From positions 1 to 64,000 of the forward strand of contig JAUCBJ010002619.1 of NCBI GenBank assembly GCA_032718475.1: 64,000 nucleotides of DNA, read 5' to 3'. The translations under genes and the position numbers were made by a program. Source of the DNA: Nemertoderma westbladi (taxonomy: Eukaryota > Animalia > Xenacoelomorpha). This document shows, piece after piece, positions 1 through 12,400 of this stretch; position 1 is the first letter of the stretch, and every line of letters starts with the position of its first letter. The notes under the pieces are model-generated. The model had not been told where the DNA came from. It made no database searches and saw only the letters and a program-made list of their open reading frames with translations.

Positions 1-263
1 ATGTAATTGTGTTAATCGAGTTTCATTGCTAACTTTACAAGGTTAGCAATTTATTTAGCCTCCTGTAATTATCATTTATTCAATAATTAATTCAAAGTAA
101 AATAATATAAAATCAATGTAAAATAATTTAAATTCAATGTAAAATAATGTAAAAAATCAATGTAAAGTATTGTAAGATGAATGTAAAATAATCTAAAATC
201 AATCTAAAAAACGCAATTTTATAAGCAAATTGAAATAAGCAAGTTGGAAAAACCACACGTGAA

Positions 264-2145
264 GGCCCGTGCTACACTGGTAAGTCGTATAAAGTCTTAG
301 TCAGAATAAATTATGGAACACATTATTGGTTCCTCAATGGGAGCGTCTCCACTGGTAAATCGTAAGTTACGACTGTGATTATGACCCATGTTCCATCTTT
401 TGACACATGACTCATGTGTTATATCCGGCAAGAGGCCTGTGATTGGTTACTTTGGGTATAATAATATGCAGTAAATGTGAGACGCATCTTATATTTTTTA
501 TCAAATGATTTATGACTTGTGTTACCAATGGAGCAAGGAGGCATTCATTTTGACATTCTGACTACCCAGTTAAAAACAACTATGTGCATCATATGTGGCT
601 GCATAAATATTTTACACAAATGTGGCATACATCGAAATGAAACAGTCCAGACACATATGCAGTGCATATGTCTAAGCATATATGGTCCAAAAATTATAAA
701 CACAGTGGTTGCACGTATGCATGTGCTGTGCATCCCAGCAAACAATGTACGCTGAGACAGTTTATCCAATCACAGGGCGTTCCTAGTGCATGCTGTGATT
801 GAGAGAGAGGGGGTGGGGGTTAGCCTACCTTATCTTATGTCTATGTCTACACCCTACGGCCCTACACTTACTATACTCTATACATACTGTGATCTAATCG
901 CTTGAGTACATATGAAAATATATAATTCATTAAGACTGAGGAGTATCCTATATAACTTTCAGCGACGATCAAAAAATATTACTTCGAATATTAAAATCGA
1001 TATAATTGATCTTCTTTTCAACTATATTAGATAATTCATAAGTATGAATTTACTAAAAATAGTACATTGTAGAACTGTTTAATATATAATTATAAACCAT
1101 ACATCTATCCAATAATTTAAGTTTTTTGCAATTTAAGTCGGGGGTGGTGGAGGGAGGGGTGGGGAGAAGGGGGGTGGTTGGTGTTTTGCGCTAGTTGAAT
1201 TTTTGATCGTTTCAATTTTTTATTTATGTTCACAGTATAAAATGCTAAAAAACAGGATATAATGTTTTTTGCTAAAATGTATCCCTTGAGAGGGTTACAT
1301 TATTTTTTCCTTTGATTGAGTTTAGAAAATATATCATCATCAAAAGAAAATATATCAATATGAAAAGTATTCTAATTGCGAAATGCTTTGTTGATAGGCT
1401 TATGTTGTAAATAATTTGAATTATCAAACAATTGTAAAAACGACATTGGGATAGCTTTAATTATGGTAATTTCATTTTAGGTACTCTACTATCGGAATGG
1501 ACGCAAAACGTAATGTGTCGGCAGGATGTACTGTAGCTATATATTGACGTAGCTATTTCAATATCCACTTTTAGCTATTTCAATACAATATCGACCTTTA
1601 GCTATCTCAGTATATTGACGTAGCCGTAGCTATCTCACTATATTGACTTAGCTATCTTAATATATTGACGTACTGTAGCTATCTAAGGCAACTAATGTGA
1701 TGATTTTCATACGCATAAAAGTGTTTGAGTCAAATAAACACACCGTTAGGTTAAAACGAGAGAAGGCGTGGGAAAATAGAGATATGTACAGAAGAACATA
1801 AGCTGTGACTGGCATATGTTTTGCACAAATTCCACACATATTCTCGCCATAAATTTTCTGTCATGTTTACAGTAGCACATGTTAATCTTATGGGTATCTG
1901 ATATGTTAATGCACAAATTATTGTGTGTCAAAGGCATATGTTTTAAATATATCAATCACAATTACATGAAACTGAGATTTAATGTGTGCCTTTACCACAT
2001 CCTCTGCTTATTTGCTGAAATTATGTTGCTGCATATATTTTTGTTGGGCATAAGTTTCCCACATGACACATGTAATTCACATATGATACATATTACCATT
2101 TTTAACTGGGTAAGCGACTTACGACTTACCAGTGGAGCACGGGCC
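264..2145. mobile_element. PIF/Harbinger-like non-autonomous element nested in the hAT copy
   Basis: TIR GGCCCGTGCTACACTGGTAAGTCGTA (264) versus TACGACTTACCAGTGGAGCACGGGCC (ending 2145). Flanks gaa/taa resemble a TWA 3-bp TSD with one mismatch. Superfamily is inferred from the termini only. Confidence 0.55.
565..2110. mobile_element. CCCAG-terminated (EnSpm/CMC-like) non-autonomous element nested in the Harbinger-like element
   Basis: TA|CCCAGTTAAAAA...catatgtg at 565 versus cacatatg...TTTTTAACTGGG|TA at 2110: imperfect ~40-bp TIR with TA on both sides. This segment is absent from the 48918-51061 copy. Confidence 0.55.
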
Positions 2146-2390
2146 TAATGATGCATTTCATAAAATATCTTCAGAAGGACAAAGGGTTTAATCAGTTAAT
2201 GTAAATTAAAAGGGTTATTTTGAATTGTATATGAATACTACTTAAGTGGTGTTACAGATGGTGGGACCATTTTAGTTTGATTACAAGGAGAAATTTTTTT
2301 GGAAATGTGTTACATACCCATCCAAGACTGAATTCACTTTAATAAACAGGGTGGCTGTGAATTTTCCTTCGTTACATAGGTTAGTTAGGT

Positions 2391-2470
2391 TCCACCTTGG
2401 TGTAGTGGTTGCATTGAATTCCAATCTATCTGGAGGTCGTGGGTTCGATCCCTGCATGTGGGCCAAGGCA
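2391..2470 (+). mobile_element. Degenerate tRNA-derived SINE head or pseudo-tRNA carried inside the hAT element
   Basis: A-box-like GGTGTAGTGGTT (~2399) and B-box GGGTTCGATCCC (2441). A decayed homolog lies at ~50636-50690. No clean cloverleaf. Confidence 0.4.
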
Positions 2471-3170
2471 GTTTTCGATTCGGCACGAATGGTTTGAAGG
2501 GGCTAACCAGGGGGCATCTATGCCTTTCATCCTTAAGGGGGGGGTACACCCCCCCTGGGTCAAAATTTTCAAAATTTTGTTTTTTATTTCACTTAGAGCA
2601 GAATTTAATGAGGATTTCAAATCTGAAAACGGCTTAGCGATATCTCTTTTAGTTCTGGAGTTATAGCCGTTTGTCCGTTCATATGTCTGTCATTCTGTCC
2701 AACAATATATAAGAAACCATATGACGTACTCATATTTTCGTTTTGGCAGTTGTTATTGGCGTTGGCTTCATTTCCGAAGTTAGTTTTGATGTTTGGTGGA
2801 ATCAAGTCCATCTATCTGTCTTCCTGCCTGGTTGTCTGTTCGTGTGTCTGTCTGTCTGTTTGTGTGTCAGTCTGTCCATCAATTTATAATAAAATACACC
2901 ACCTAGCTGAAGTTTTCGATATGGGGGTTTTCCTAGTCAGTGATTCCATTTCCAATGTCAGTTGTAATGTTTTGTGAAATGTAGTTGGTCTGTCTGTAGG
3001 TTTGATAGGTAGGGCAGACAACCGACAGAAAGATATGCAGACTCCCAAGATTCCATCGAATATGAAAATTTCCATCGAAACATGACCTTCTAAACAAGTT
3101 ATTGATGTTTAGAAGGCCATGCATCGAAATGAAACAGCCAAGTTTTCATGTTTGATAGAATCTTTTTTTT

Positions 3171-4620
3171 AGAAAATTTTGGCGAGGTTGCGTGCTTTCT
3201 TATGTTTTGACATATAGACCTGTAAACTGACATAAAGACGGACAGACAGACCAACCGACAATGTGAAGTCAGAAATAAAAACTGAGATCGGAAATGAAAT
3301 CGGCGACCTGGAAAACCCCTGTAACAAAAATTTTGGCGAGGTTGCGTGCTTTCTTATGTTTTGACATATAGACCTATAAACTGACATAAAGACGGACAGA
3401 CAGACCAACCGACAATGTGAAGTCAGAAATAAAAACTGAGATCGGAAATGAAATCGGCGACCTGGAAAACCCCTGTAACAAAAATTTTGGCGAGGTTGCG
3501 TGCTTTCTTATGTTTTGACATATAGACCTATAAACTGACATAAAGACGGACAGACAGACCAACCGACAATGTGAAGTCAGAAATAAAAACTGAGATCGGA
3601 AATGAAATCGGCGACCTGGAAAACCCCTGTAACAAAAATTTTGGCGAGGTTGCGTGCTTTCTTATGTTTTGACATATAGACCTATAAACTGACATAAAGA
3701 CGGACAGACAGACCAACCGACAATGTGAAGTCAGAAATAAAAACTGAGATCGGAAATGAAATCGGCGACCTGGAAAACCCCTGTAACAAAAATTTTGGCG
3801 AGGTTGCGTGCTTTCTTATGTTTTGACATATAGACCTATAAACTGACATAAAGACGGACAGACAGACCAACCGACAATGTGAAGTCAGAAATAAAAACTG
3901 AGATCGGAAATGAAATCGGCGACCTGGAAAACCCCTGTAACAAAAATTTTGGCGAGGTTGCGTGCTTTCTTATGTTTTGACATATAGACCTATAAACTGA
4001 CATAAAGACGGACAGACAGACCAACCGACAATGTGAAGTCAGAAATAAAAACTGAGATCGGAAATGAAATCGGCGACCTGGAAAACCCCTGTAACAAAAA
4101 TTTTGGCGAGGTTGCGTGCTTTCTTATGTTTTGACATATAGACCTATAAACTGACATAAAGACGGACAGACAGACCAACCGACAATGTGAAGTCAGAAAT
4201 AAAAACTGAGATCGGAAATGAAATCGGCGACCTGGAAAACCCCTGTAACAAAAATTTTGGCGAGGTTGCGTGCTTTCTTATGTTTTGACATATAGACCTA
4301 TAAACTGACATAAAGACGGACAGACAGACCAACCGACAATGTGAAGTCAGAAATAAAAACTGAGATCGGAAATGAAATCGGCGACCTGGAAAACCCCTGT
4401 AACAAAAATTTTGGCCAGGTTGCGTGCTTTCTTATGTTTTGACATATAGACCTATAAACTGACATAAAGACGGACAGACAGACAGACCGACAATGTGAAG
4501 TCAGAAATAAAAAGTGAGATTGGAAATGAAATCAGCGACCTGGAAAACCCCCATAACGAAAATTTTAGTGAGGCGGCGTGCTTCCTTATTTAGAGACATA
4601 AATTTGACAGACAGACAGAC
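3171..4620. repeat. 154-bp tandem repeat, about 9 near-identical copies, inside the Kolobok-like element
   Basis: Identical 62-aa spurious ORFs recur every 154 bp (3374, 3528, 3682 ... 4144). The last unit is diverged. Confidence 0.95.
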
Positions 4621-5010
4621 AGAAAAACAGAAATAGACACCAGAAAGTTTAATTGCGTTTTTCTCAACTTTATAATTTTGCACTAAAATAGCTTTTATTC
4701 AGCCATTTCTTGGCGAAATTTAAAAATTTTTTTTTTCCCTGAAAGGTCCCACGGAGACGCAACTTTCCATAAGAGGAATTTTTAAAATTTGGCCTATTTC
4801 GTCTTTTATGGTACTTGGAGCTCCTACAACACCTAAAAATTTATTAATATACACGTGTACTGCGACCTAGAGCAGATATCAAAAAATCCTCTTATGGAAT
4901 TTTAAAGTTACTCAAGGTGATTATAGCGCAAAAAAATTTTTTGAAAAATATTGGGAATTGGTGGAGAAATTTCGTTTCAAAAAATGTATCTCTATTTTTG
5001 TGATTATTGC

Positions 5011-5031
5011 TGTGGCGCCCCCTAGCGGCCA
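5011..5031 (-). promoter_or_regulatory. CTCF-like binding motif inside the transposon
   Basis: Minus strand reads TGGCCGCTAGGGGGCGCCA, close to the CTCF consensus TGGCCACCAGGGGGCGCTA. Motif match only. Confidence 0.4.
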
Positions 5032-5959
5032 AAATTGTTGATTTTTTTTATTTCAGTTAAAACCAGTTTTTATTCCTCTATCCGATGATATATAGAGGTA
5101 TGGCGTGCCGCCTATATTTTTGAAGATATATAACATTATAAAAATGTTGGTATTGGGGGGTGTACCCCCCCCTTAAATGTTAGCTCTAACGGTTGAAGAA
5201 AACTTTATTTCTATACTTTTTTGCAAGTGTTGAAAAGTATCTTAAACTAATTGGTAATAATGTTTAAAAAATATAAATGTTGATAATCATTTAACAAACT
5301 AATTGCAACTATTAATCTAGATATGAACCTTGTAATTCCGGTAAAATTCCGGCCGGAATTGACCCCATTCCGGCAATTCCGGCCGGAACCGGAATCGGGC
5401 AAAAACCGCCGGAATTCCGGCCGGAAGGAATTCCGGGACATCCCTATTTACCACCCACCCCACACTCTTACTATTTTTATTACATAAATTATTACTATAA
5501 ATGTTAATGGTGCGGGTATTTCTCTATTTCACTATATTTAAAGTTAATTAAAGTTAAGGGGTGGGTTAGGTTTGTTTTTTGGTTTTAGAAGTTTTTTTTG
5601 GCACAAACCCTAATTAAAATTTGTCTTGTAACGTTGGTAACACTATCCCCATGTATGTCATCATTAAGAAATGTAGCGGAATGTTGGTCATTATTGCCAT
5701 CACGGCCCTATTAGGGTTTGTGCCACCACTCCTATAATTCCTGCGGGATCTAAATTCCCCAAACCAAAACAGGTGAAACAGTAGATACGTTGAAATATGA
5801 AAGGCGATGTCTAAGGCAAAAAATAACTGGTTCGTAAATTTGATAGTTTCCGAATAAAAGACCGCCTTCTACTGTATTTATATCATGAAAAAAGATTAAT
5901 TTATTGTCTAATAAAATTACCAAATGCATTATCTCCCCTGCCCTACCCAAAGTAAAGGT

Positions 5960-6211
5960 TTACAGTTTTTTATGCAATAATGTGCTACCGTTACTAACGT
6001 TGGGTTTTCCGGCGTAGTAGTTGCTAGGTGACGCTTGGTTACGTAAGAAATGAGCCAATAGGAAAGTATTGATGAACATATCCTGGTCACCCGAAGCAGC
6101 ATATTTTGTATGATTGCAGTTCGATTGGACCCATTCCCACGACATGACTAACTTTAACGTCAAATTACGAAAACTATCGATAAAATCCCCTTGAATTATA
6201 TCTCCATATTT
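5960..6211 (-). CDS. GT31 beta-1,3-galactosyltransferase-like gene, coding exon 2 (3' boundary uncertain)
   Basis: Acceptor TTTTCACAG|AAA at 6211, phase 0, joins exon 1 to give NEFK|KYGDIIQGDFIDSFRNLTLK...WVQSNC...DQDMFIN, typical Galactosyl_T motifs. Similarity is lost after YYAG. Possible donor AAC|GTTAGT near 5998, otherwise a stop at 5960. Confidence 0.8.
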   Translation of the reverse strand, partial: KYGDIIQGDFIDSFRNLTLKLVMSWEWVQSNCNHTKYAASGDQDMFINTFLLAHFLRNQASPSNYYAGKPNVSNGSTLLHKKL

Positions 6212-6479
6212 CTGTGAAAAGTGTAATAAAAGTTTTACCATAAAACTGAACTATACTTGCACACATATTTATGCTTCTTTTGGTTAATTGGGGGGGGGGG
6301 GGGGGGGGGGGGGGGTGGTGCTCTTTGGTCCAAAATATAATGAAATTATATTTATGCTCGATATCATACGCGATTAAATTGAGTTTCTAAATTTAAAAAT
6401 CGCCTTTCAATATCTCTTTTCAGTTATCACAATTTCCATTAGTAAAGACTTGATGATAGTAGGCCTACTTAGTCAGTAG

Positions 6480-9400
6480 GCTTCCCTACAAAGATACCGA
6501 TATCTGAGACTTCCTTACAAAGATATCGATATCTGAGACCTCCTTACAAAGATCCCGATATCTGGTACTTCCTTACAAAGATCCCGATATCTGGTACTTC
6601 CTTACAAAGATACCGATATCTGAGACTTCCTTACAAAGATACCGATATCTGAAACTTCCTTACAAAGATATCGATATCTGGTACTTCCTTACAAAGATAC
6701 CGATATCTGGTACTTCCTTACAAAGATACCGATATCTGAGACTTCCTTACAAAGATACCGATATCTGAAACTTCCTTACAAAGATATCGATATCTGGTAC
6801 TTCCTTACAAAGATGCCGATATCTGAGACTTCCTTACAAAGATACCGATATCTGAGACTTCCTTATTATAAAGATGCCGATATCTGAGGCTTCCTTACAA
6901 AGATACCGATATCTGAGACTTCCTTACAAAGATACCGATATCGGAGGCTTCCTTACAAAGATACCGATATCTGAGGCTTCCTTACAAAGATACCGATATC
7001 GGAGGCTTCCTTACAAAGATATCGATATCTGCGACTTCCTTATTACAAAGATATCGATATCTGCGACTTCCTTATTACAAAGATACCGATATCTGCGACT
7101 TCCTTATTACAATGATACCGATATCTGAGGCTTCCTTACAAAGATACCGATATCTGGTACTTCCTTACAAAGATTCCGATATCTGGTACTTCCTTACAAA
7201 GATACCGATATCAGAGGCTTCCTTACAAAGATACCGATATCTGAGACTTCCTTACTAAGATACCGATATCTGAGGCTTCCTTACAAATATACCGATATCT
7301 GGTACTTCCTTACAAAGATATCGATATCTGAGACTTCCTTATTACAAAGATACCGATATCTGAGGCTTCCTTACAAAGATACCGATATCTGGTACTTCCT
7401 TACAAAGATATCGATATCTGAGACTTCCTTATTACAAAGATACCGATATCTGAGACTTCCCTACAAAGATACCGATATCTGAGACTTCCTTACAACGATA
7501 CCGATATCTGGTACTTCCTTACAAAGATACCGATATCTGAGACTTCCTTATTACAAAGATACCGATATCTGCGACTTCCTTACAAAGATACCGATATCTG
7601 GTACTTCCTTACAAAGATACCGATATCTGAGACTTCCTTACAAAGATACCGATATCTGAGACTTCCTTACAAAGATACCGATATCTGGTACTTCCTTACA
7701 AAGATACCGATATCTAGTACTTCCTTACAAAGATACCGATATCTGAGACTTCCTTATTACAAAGATGCCGATATCTGCGACTTCCTTACAAATATACCGA
7801 TATTTGAGACTTCCTTACAAAGATACCGATATCTGAGACTTCCTTACAAAGATACCGATATCTGGTACTTCCTTACAAAGATACCGATATCTGGTACTTC
7901 CTTACAAAGATACCGATATCTGAGACTTCCTTACAAAGATACCGATATTTGAGACTTCCCTACAAAGATACCGATATCTGGTACTTCCTTACAAAGATAC
8001 CGATATCTGGTACTTCCTTACAAAGATGCCGATATCTTAGAATTCCTTACAAAGATACCGATATCTGAGACTTCCCTACAAAGATACCGATATCTGGTAC
8101 TTCCTTACAGAGATACCGATATCAGGTACTTCCTTACAAAGATACCGATATCTGAGACTTCCTTAAAAAGATACCGATATCTGGTACTTCCTTACAAAGG
8201 TACCGATATCTGGTACTTCCTTACAAAGATACCGATATCTGAGACTTCCTTAAAAAGATACCGATATCTGGTACTTCCTTACAAAGATACCGATATCTGG
8301 TACTTCCTTACAAAAATACGGATATCTGAGACTTACTTACAAAGATCCCGATATCTGGTACTTCCTTACAAAGATACCGATATCCGAGACTTCCTTACAA
8401 AGATACCGATATCTGGTACTTCCTTACAAAGATACCGATATCTGAGACTTCCTTACAAAGATACCGATATTTGAGACTTCCCTACAAAGATACCGATATC
8501 TGGTACTTCCTTACAAAGATACCGATATCTGGTACTTCCTTACAAAGATGCCGATATCTTAGAATTCCTTACAAAGATACCGATATCTGAGACTTCCTTA
8601 AAAAGATACCGATATCTGGTACTTCCTTACAAAGATACCGATATCTGGTACTTCCTTACAAGATACCGATATCTGAGACTTCCTTACAAAGATTCCGATA
8701 TCTGGTACTTACTTACAAAGATTCCGATATCTGAGACTTCCTTACAAAGATTCCGATATCTGGTACTTCCTTACAAAGATACCGATATCTGAGACTTCCT
8801 TACAAACATACCGATATCTGAGACTTCCTTATTACAAAAATACCGATATCTGCGACTTCCTTACAAAGATACCGATGTCTGAGACTCCCTTACAAAGATT
8901 CCGATATCTGAGACTTCCTTATTACAAAGATACCGAATCTGAGAGTTCCTTACAAAGATACCGATATCTGAGGCTTCCTTACAAAGATATCGATATCTGA
9001 GACTTCCTTACAAAGATACCAATATCTGAGACTTCCTCGCAAAGATATCGATATCTGAGACTTCCTTACAAAGATACCGATATCCGAGACTTCCTTACAA
9101 AGATACCGATATCTGGTACTTCCTTACAAAGATACCGATATCTGAGACTTCCTTACAAAGATACCGATATTTGAGACTTCCCTACAAAGATACCGATATA
9201 TGGTACTTCCTTACAAAGATACCGATATCTGATACTTCCTTACAAAGATGCCGATATCTTAGAATTCCTTACAAAGATACCGATATCTGAGACTTCCTTA
9301 AAAAGATACCGATATCTGGTACTTCCTTACAAAGATACCGATATCTGAGACTTCCTTACAAAGATTCCGATATCTGGTACTTACTTACAAAGATTCCGAT

Positions 9401-12400
9401 ATCTGAGACTTCCTTACAAAGATTCCGATATCTGGTACTTCCTTACAAAGATACCGATATCTGAGACTTCCTTACAAACATACCGATATCTGAGACTTCC
9501 TTATTACAAAAATACCGATATCTGCGACCTCCTTACAAAGATACCGATGTCTGAGACTCCCTTACAAAGATTCCGATATCTGAGACTTCCTTATTACAAA
9601 GATACCGAATCTGAGAGTTCCTTACAAAGATACCGATATCTGAGACTTCCTTACAAAGATACCGATATCTGGTACTTCCTTACAAAGATACCGATATCTA
9701 GTACTTCCTTACAAAGATACCGATATCTGAGACTTCCTTATTACAAAGATGCCGATATCTGCGACTTCCTTACAAATATACCGATATTTGAGACTTCCTT
9801 ACAAAGATACCGATATCTGAGACTTCCTTACAAAGATACCGATATCTGGTACTTCCTTACAAAGATACCGATATCTGGTACTTCCTTACAAAGATACCGA
9901 TATCTGAGACTTCCTTACAAAGATACCGATATTTGAGACTTCCCTACAAAGATACCGATATCTGGTACTTCCTTACAAAGATACCGATATCTGGTACTTC
10001 CTTACAAAGATGCCGATATCTTAGAATTCCTTACAAAGATACCGATATCTGAGACTTCCCTACAAAGATACCGATATCTGGTACTTCCTTACAGAGATAC
10101 CGATATCAGGTACTTCCTTACAAAGATACCGATATCTGAGACTTCCTTAAAAAGATACCGATATCTGGTACTTCCTTACAAAGGTACCGATATCTGGTAC
10201 TTCCTTACAAAGATACCGATATCTGAGACTTCCTTAAAAAGATACCGATATCTGGTACTTCCTTACAAAGATACCGATATCTGGTACTTCCTTACATAAA
10301 TACGGATATCTGAGACTTACTTACAAAGATCCCGATATCTGGTACTTCCTTACAAAGATACCGATATCCGAGACTTCCTTACAAAGATACCGATATCTGG
10401 TACTTCCTTACAAAGATACCGATATCTGAGACTTCCTTACAAAGATACCGATATTTGAGACTTCCCTACAAAGATACCGATATCTGGTACTTCCTTACAA
10501 AGATACCGATATCTGGTACTTCCTTACAAAGATGCCGATATCTTAGAATTCCTTACAAAGATACCGATATCTGAGACTTCCTTAAAAAGATACCGATATC
10601 TGGTACTTCCTTACAAAGATACCGATATCTGGTACTTCCTTACAAGATACCGATATCTGAGACTTCCTTACAAAGATTCCGATATCTGGTACTTACTTAC
10701 AAAGATTCCGATATCTGAGACTTCCTTACAAAGATTCCGATATCTGGTACTTCCTTACAAAGATACCGATATCTGAGACTTCCTTACAAACATACCGATA
10801 TCTGAGACTTCCTTATTACAAAAATACCGATATCTGCGACTTCCTTACAAAGATACCGATGTCTGAGACTCCCTTACAAAGATTCCGATATCTGAGACTT
10901 CCTTATTACAAAGATACCGAATCTGAGAGTTCCTTACAAAGATACCGATATCTGAGGCTTCCTTACAAAGATATCGATATCTGAGACTTCCTTACAAAGA
11001 TACCAATATCTGAGACTTCCTCGCAAAGATATCGATATCTGAGACTTCCTTACAAAGATACCGATATCCGAGACTTCCTTACAAAGATACCGATATCTGG
11101 TACTTCCTTACAAAGATACCGATATCTGAGACTTCCTTACAAAGATACCGATATTTGAGACTTCCCTACAAAGATACCGATATCTGGTACTTCCTTACAA
11201 AGATACCGATATCTGATACTTCCTTACAAAGATGCCGATATCTGGTACTTCCTTACAAAGATACCGATATCTGGTACTTCCTTACAAAGATAACGATATC
11301 TGAGACTTCCTTACAAAGATTCCGATATCTGGTACTTCCATACAAAGATACCGATATCTAGTACTTCCTTACAAAGATACCGATATCTGGTACTTCCTTA
11401 CAAAGATAACGATATCTGAGACTTCCTTATTACAAAGATACCGAATCTGAGAGTTCCTTACAAAGATACCGATATCTGAGGCTTCCTTACAAAAATACCG
11501 ATATCTGCGACTTCCTTACAAAGATACCGATGTCTGAGACTCCCTTACAAAGATTCCGATATCTGAGACTTCCTTATTACAAAGATACCGAATCTGAGAG
11601 TTCCTTACAAAGATACCGATATCTGAGGCTTCCTTACAAAGATATCGATATCTGAGACTTCCTTACAAAGATACCAATATCTGAGACTTCCTCGCAAAGA
11701 TATCGATATCTGAGACTTCCTTACAAAGATACCGATATCCGAGACTTCCTTACAAAGATACCGATATCTGGTACTTCCTTACAAAGATACCGATATCTGA
11801 GACTTCCTTACAAAGATACCGATATTTGAGACTTCCCTACAAAGATACCGATATCTGGTACTTCCTTACAAAGATACCGATATCTGATACTTCCTTACAA
11901 AGATGCCGATATCTTAGAATTCCTTACAAAGATACCGATATCTGAGACTTCCTTAAAAAGATACCGATATCTGGTACTTCCTTACAAAGATACCGATATC
12001 TGAGACTTCCTTACAAAGATTCCGATATCTGGTACTTACTTACAAAGATTCCGATATCTGAGACTTCCTTACAAAGATTCCGATATCTGGTACTTCCTTA
12101 CAAAGATACCGATATCTGAGACTTCCTTACAAACATACCGATATCTGAGACTTCCTTATTACAAAAATACCGATATCTGCGACCTCCTTACAAAGATACC
12201 GATGTCTGAGACTCCCTTACAAAGATTCCGATATCTGAGACTTCCTTATTACAAAGATACCGAATCTGAGAGTTCCTTACAAAGATACCGATATCTGAGA
12301 CTTCCTTACAAAGATACCGATATCTGGTACTTCCTTACAAAGATACCGATATCTAGTACTTCCTTACAAAGATACCGATATCTGAGACTTCCTTATTACA

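Larger units (their letters stand above)
2537..5172. mobile_element. Kolobok-like non-autonomous DNA transposon with TTAA TSD
   Basis: TTAA|GGGGGGGGTACACCCCCC ... GGGGGGTGTACCCCCCCC|TTAA. TTAA TSD with purine 5' termini fits Kolobok rather than piggyBac. The homologous empty site (catcc-TTAA-agggtagctct) is at ~50756-50775. Confidence 0.75.
1..5446 (+). mobile_element. Non-autonomous hAT-like DNA transposon, right part (left end outside window), hosting nested insertions
   Basis: Ends in ...GGAATTCCGGGACATCCCTA (5446), the same right TIR as the complete copy at 48918-51061. Segments ~83-560, ~2150-2536 and 5173-5446 align by eye with ~50058-51061. Confidence 0.75.

Noticed and set aside
2391-2470. 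Functional tRNA gene
   Set aside because: A and B boxes are present but there is no convincing acceptor or anticodon stem, and it lies inside a transposon with a decayed second copy.
3169-4683. Repeated 62-aa ORFs as a tandem gene family
   Set aside because: They arise from the 154-bp repeat inside a non-autonomous transposon.
6289-6315. Long poly-G tracts (also ~49110, ~63293, ~63744)
   Set aside because: Simple homopolymers of unreliable length with no further structure.
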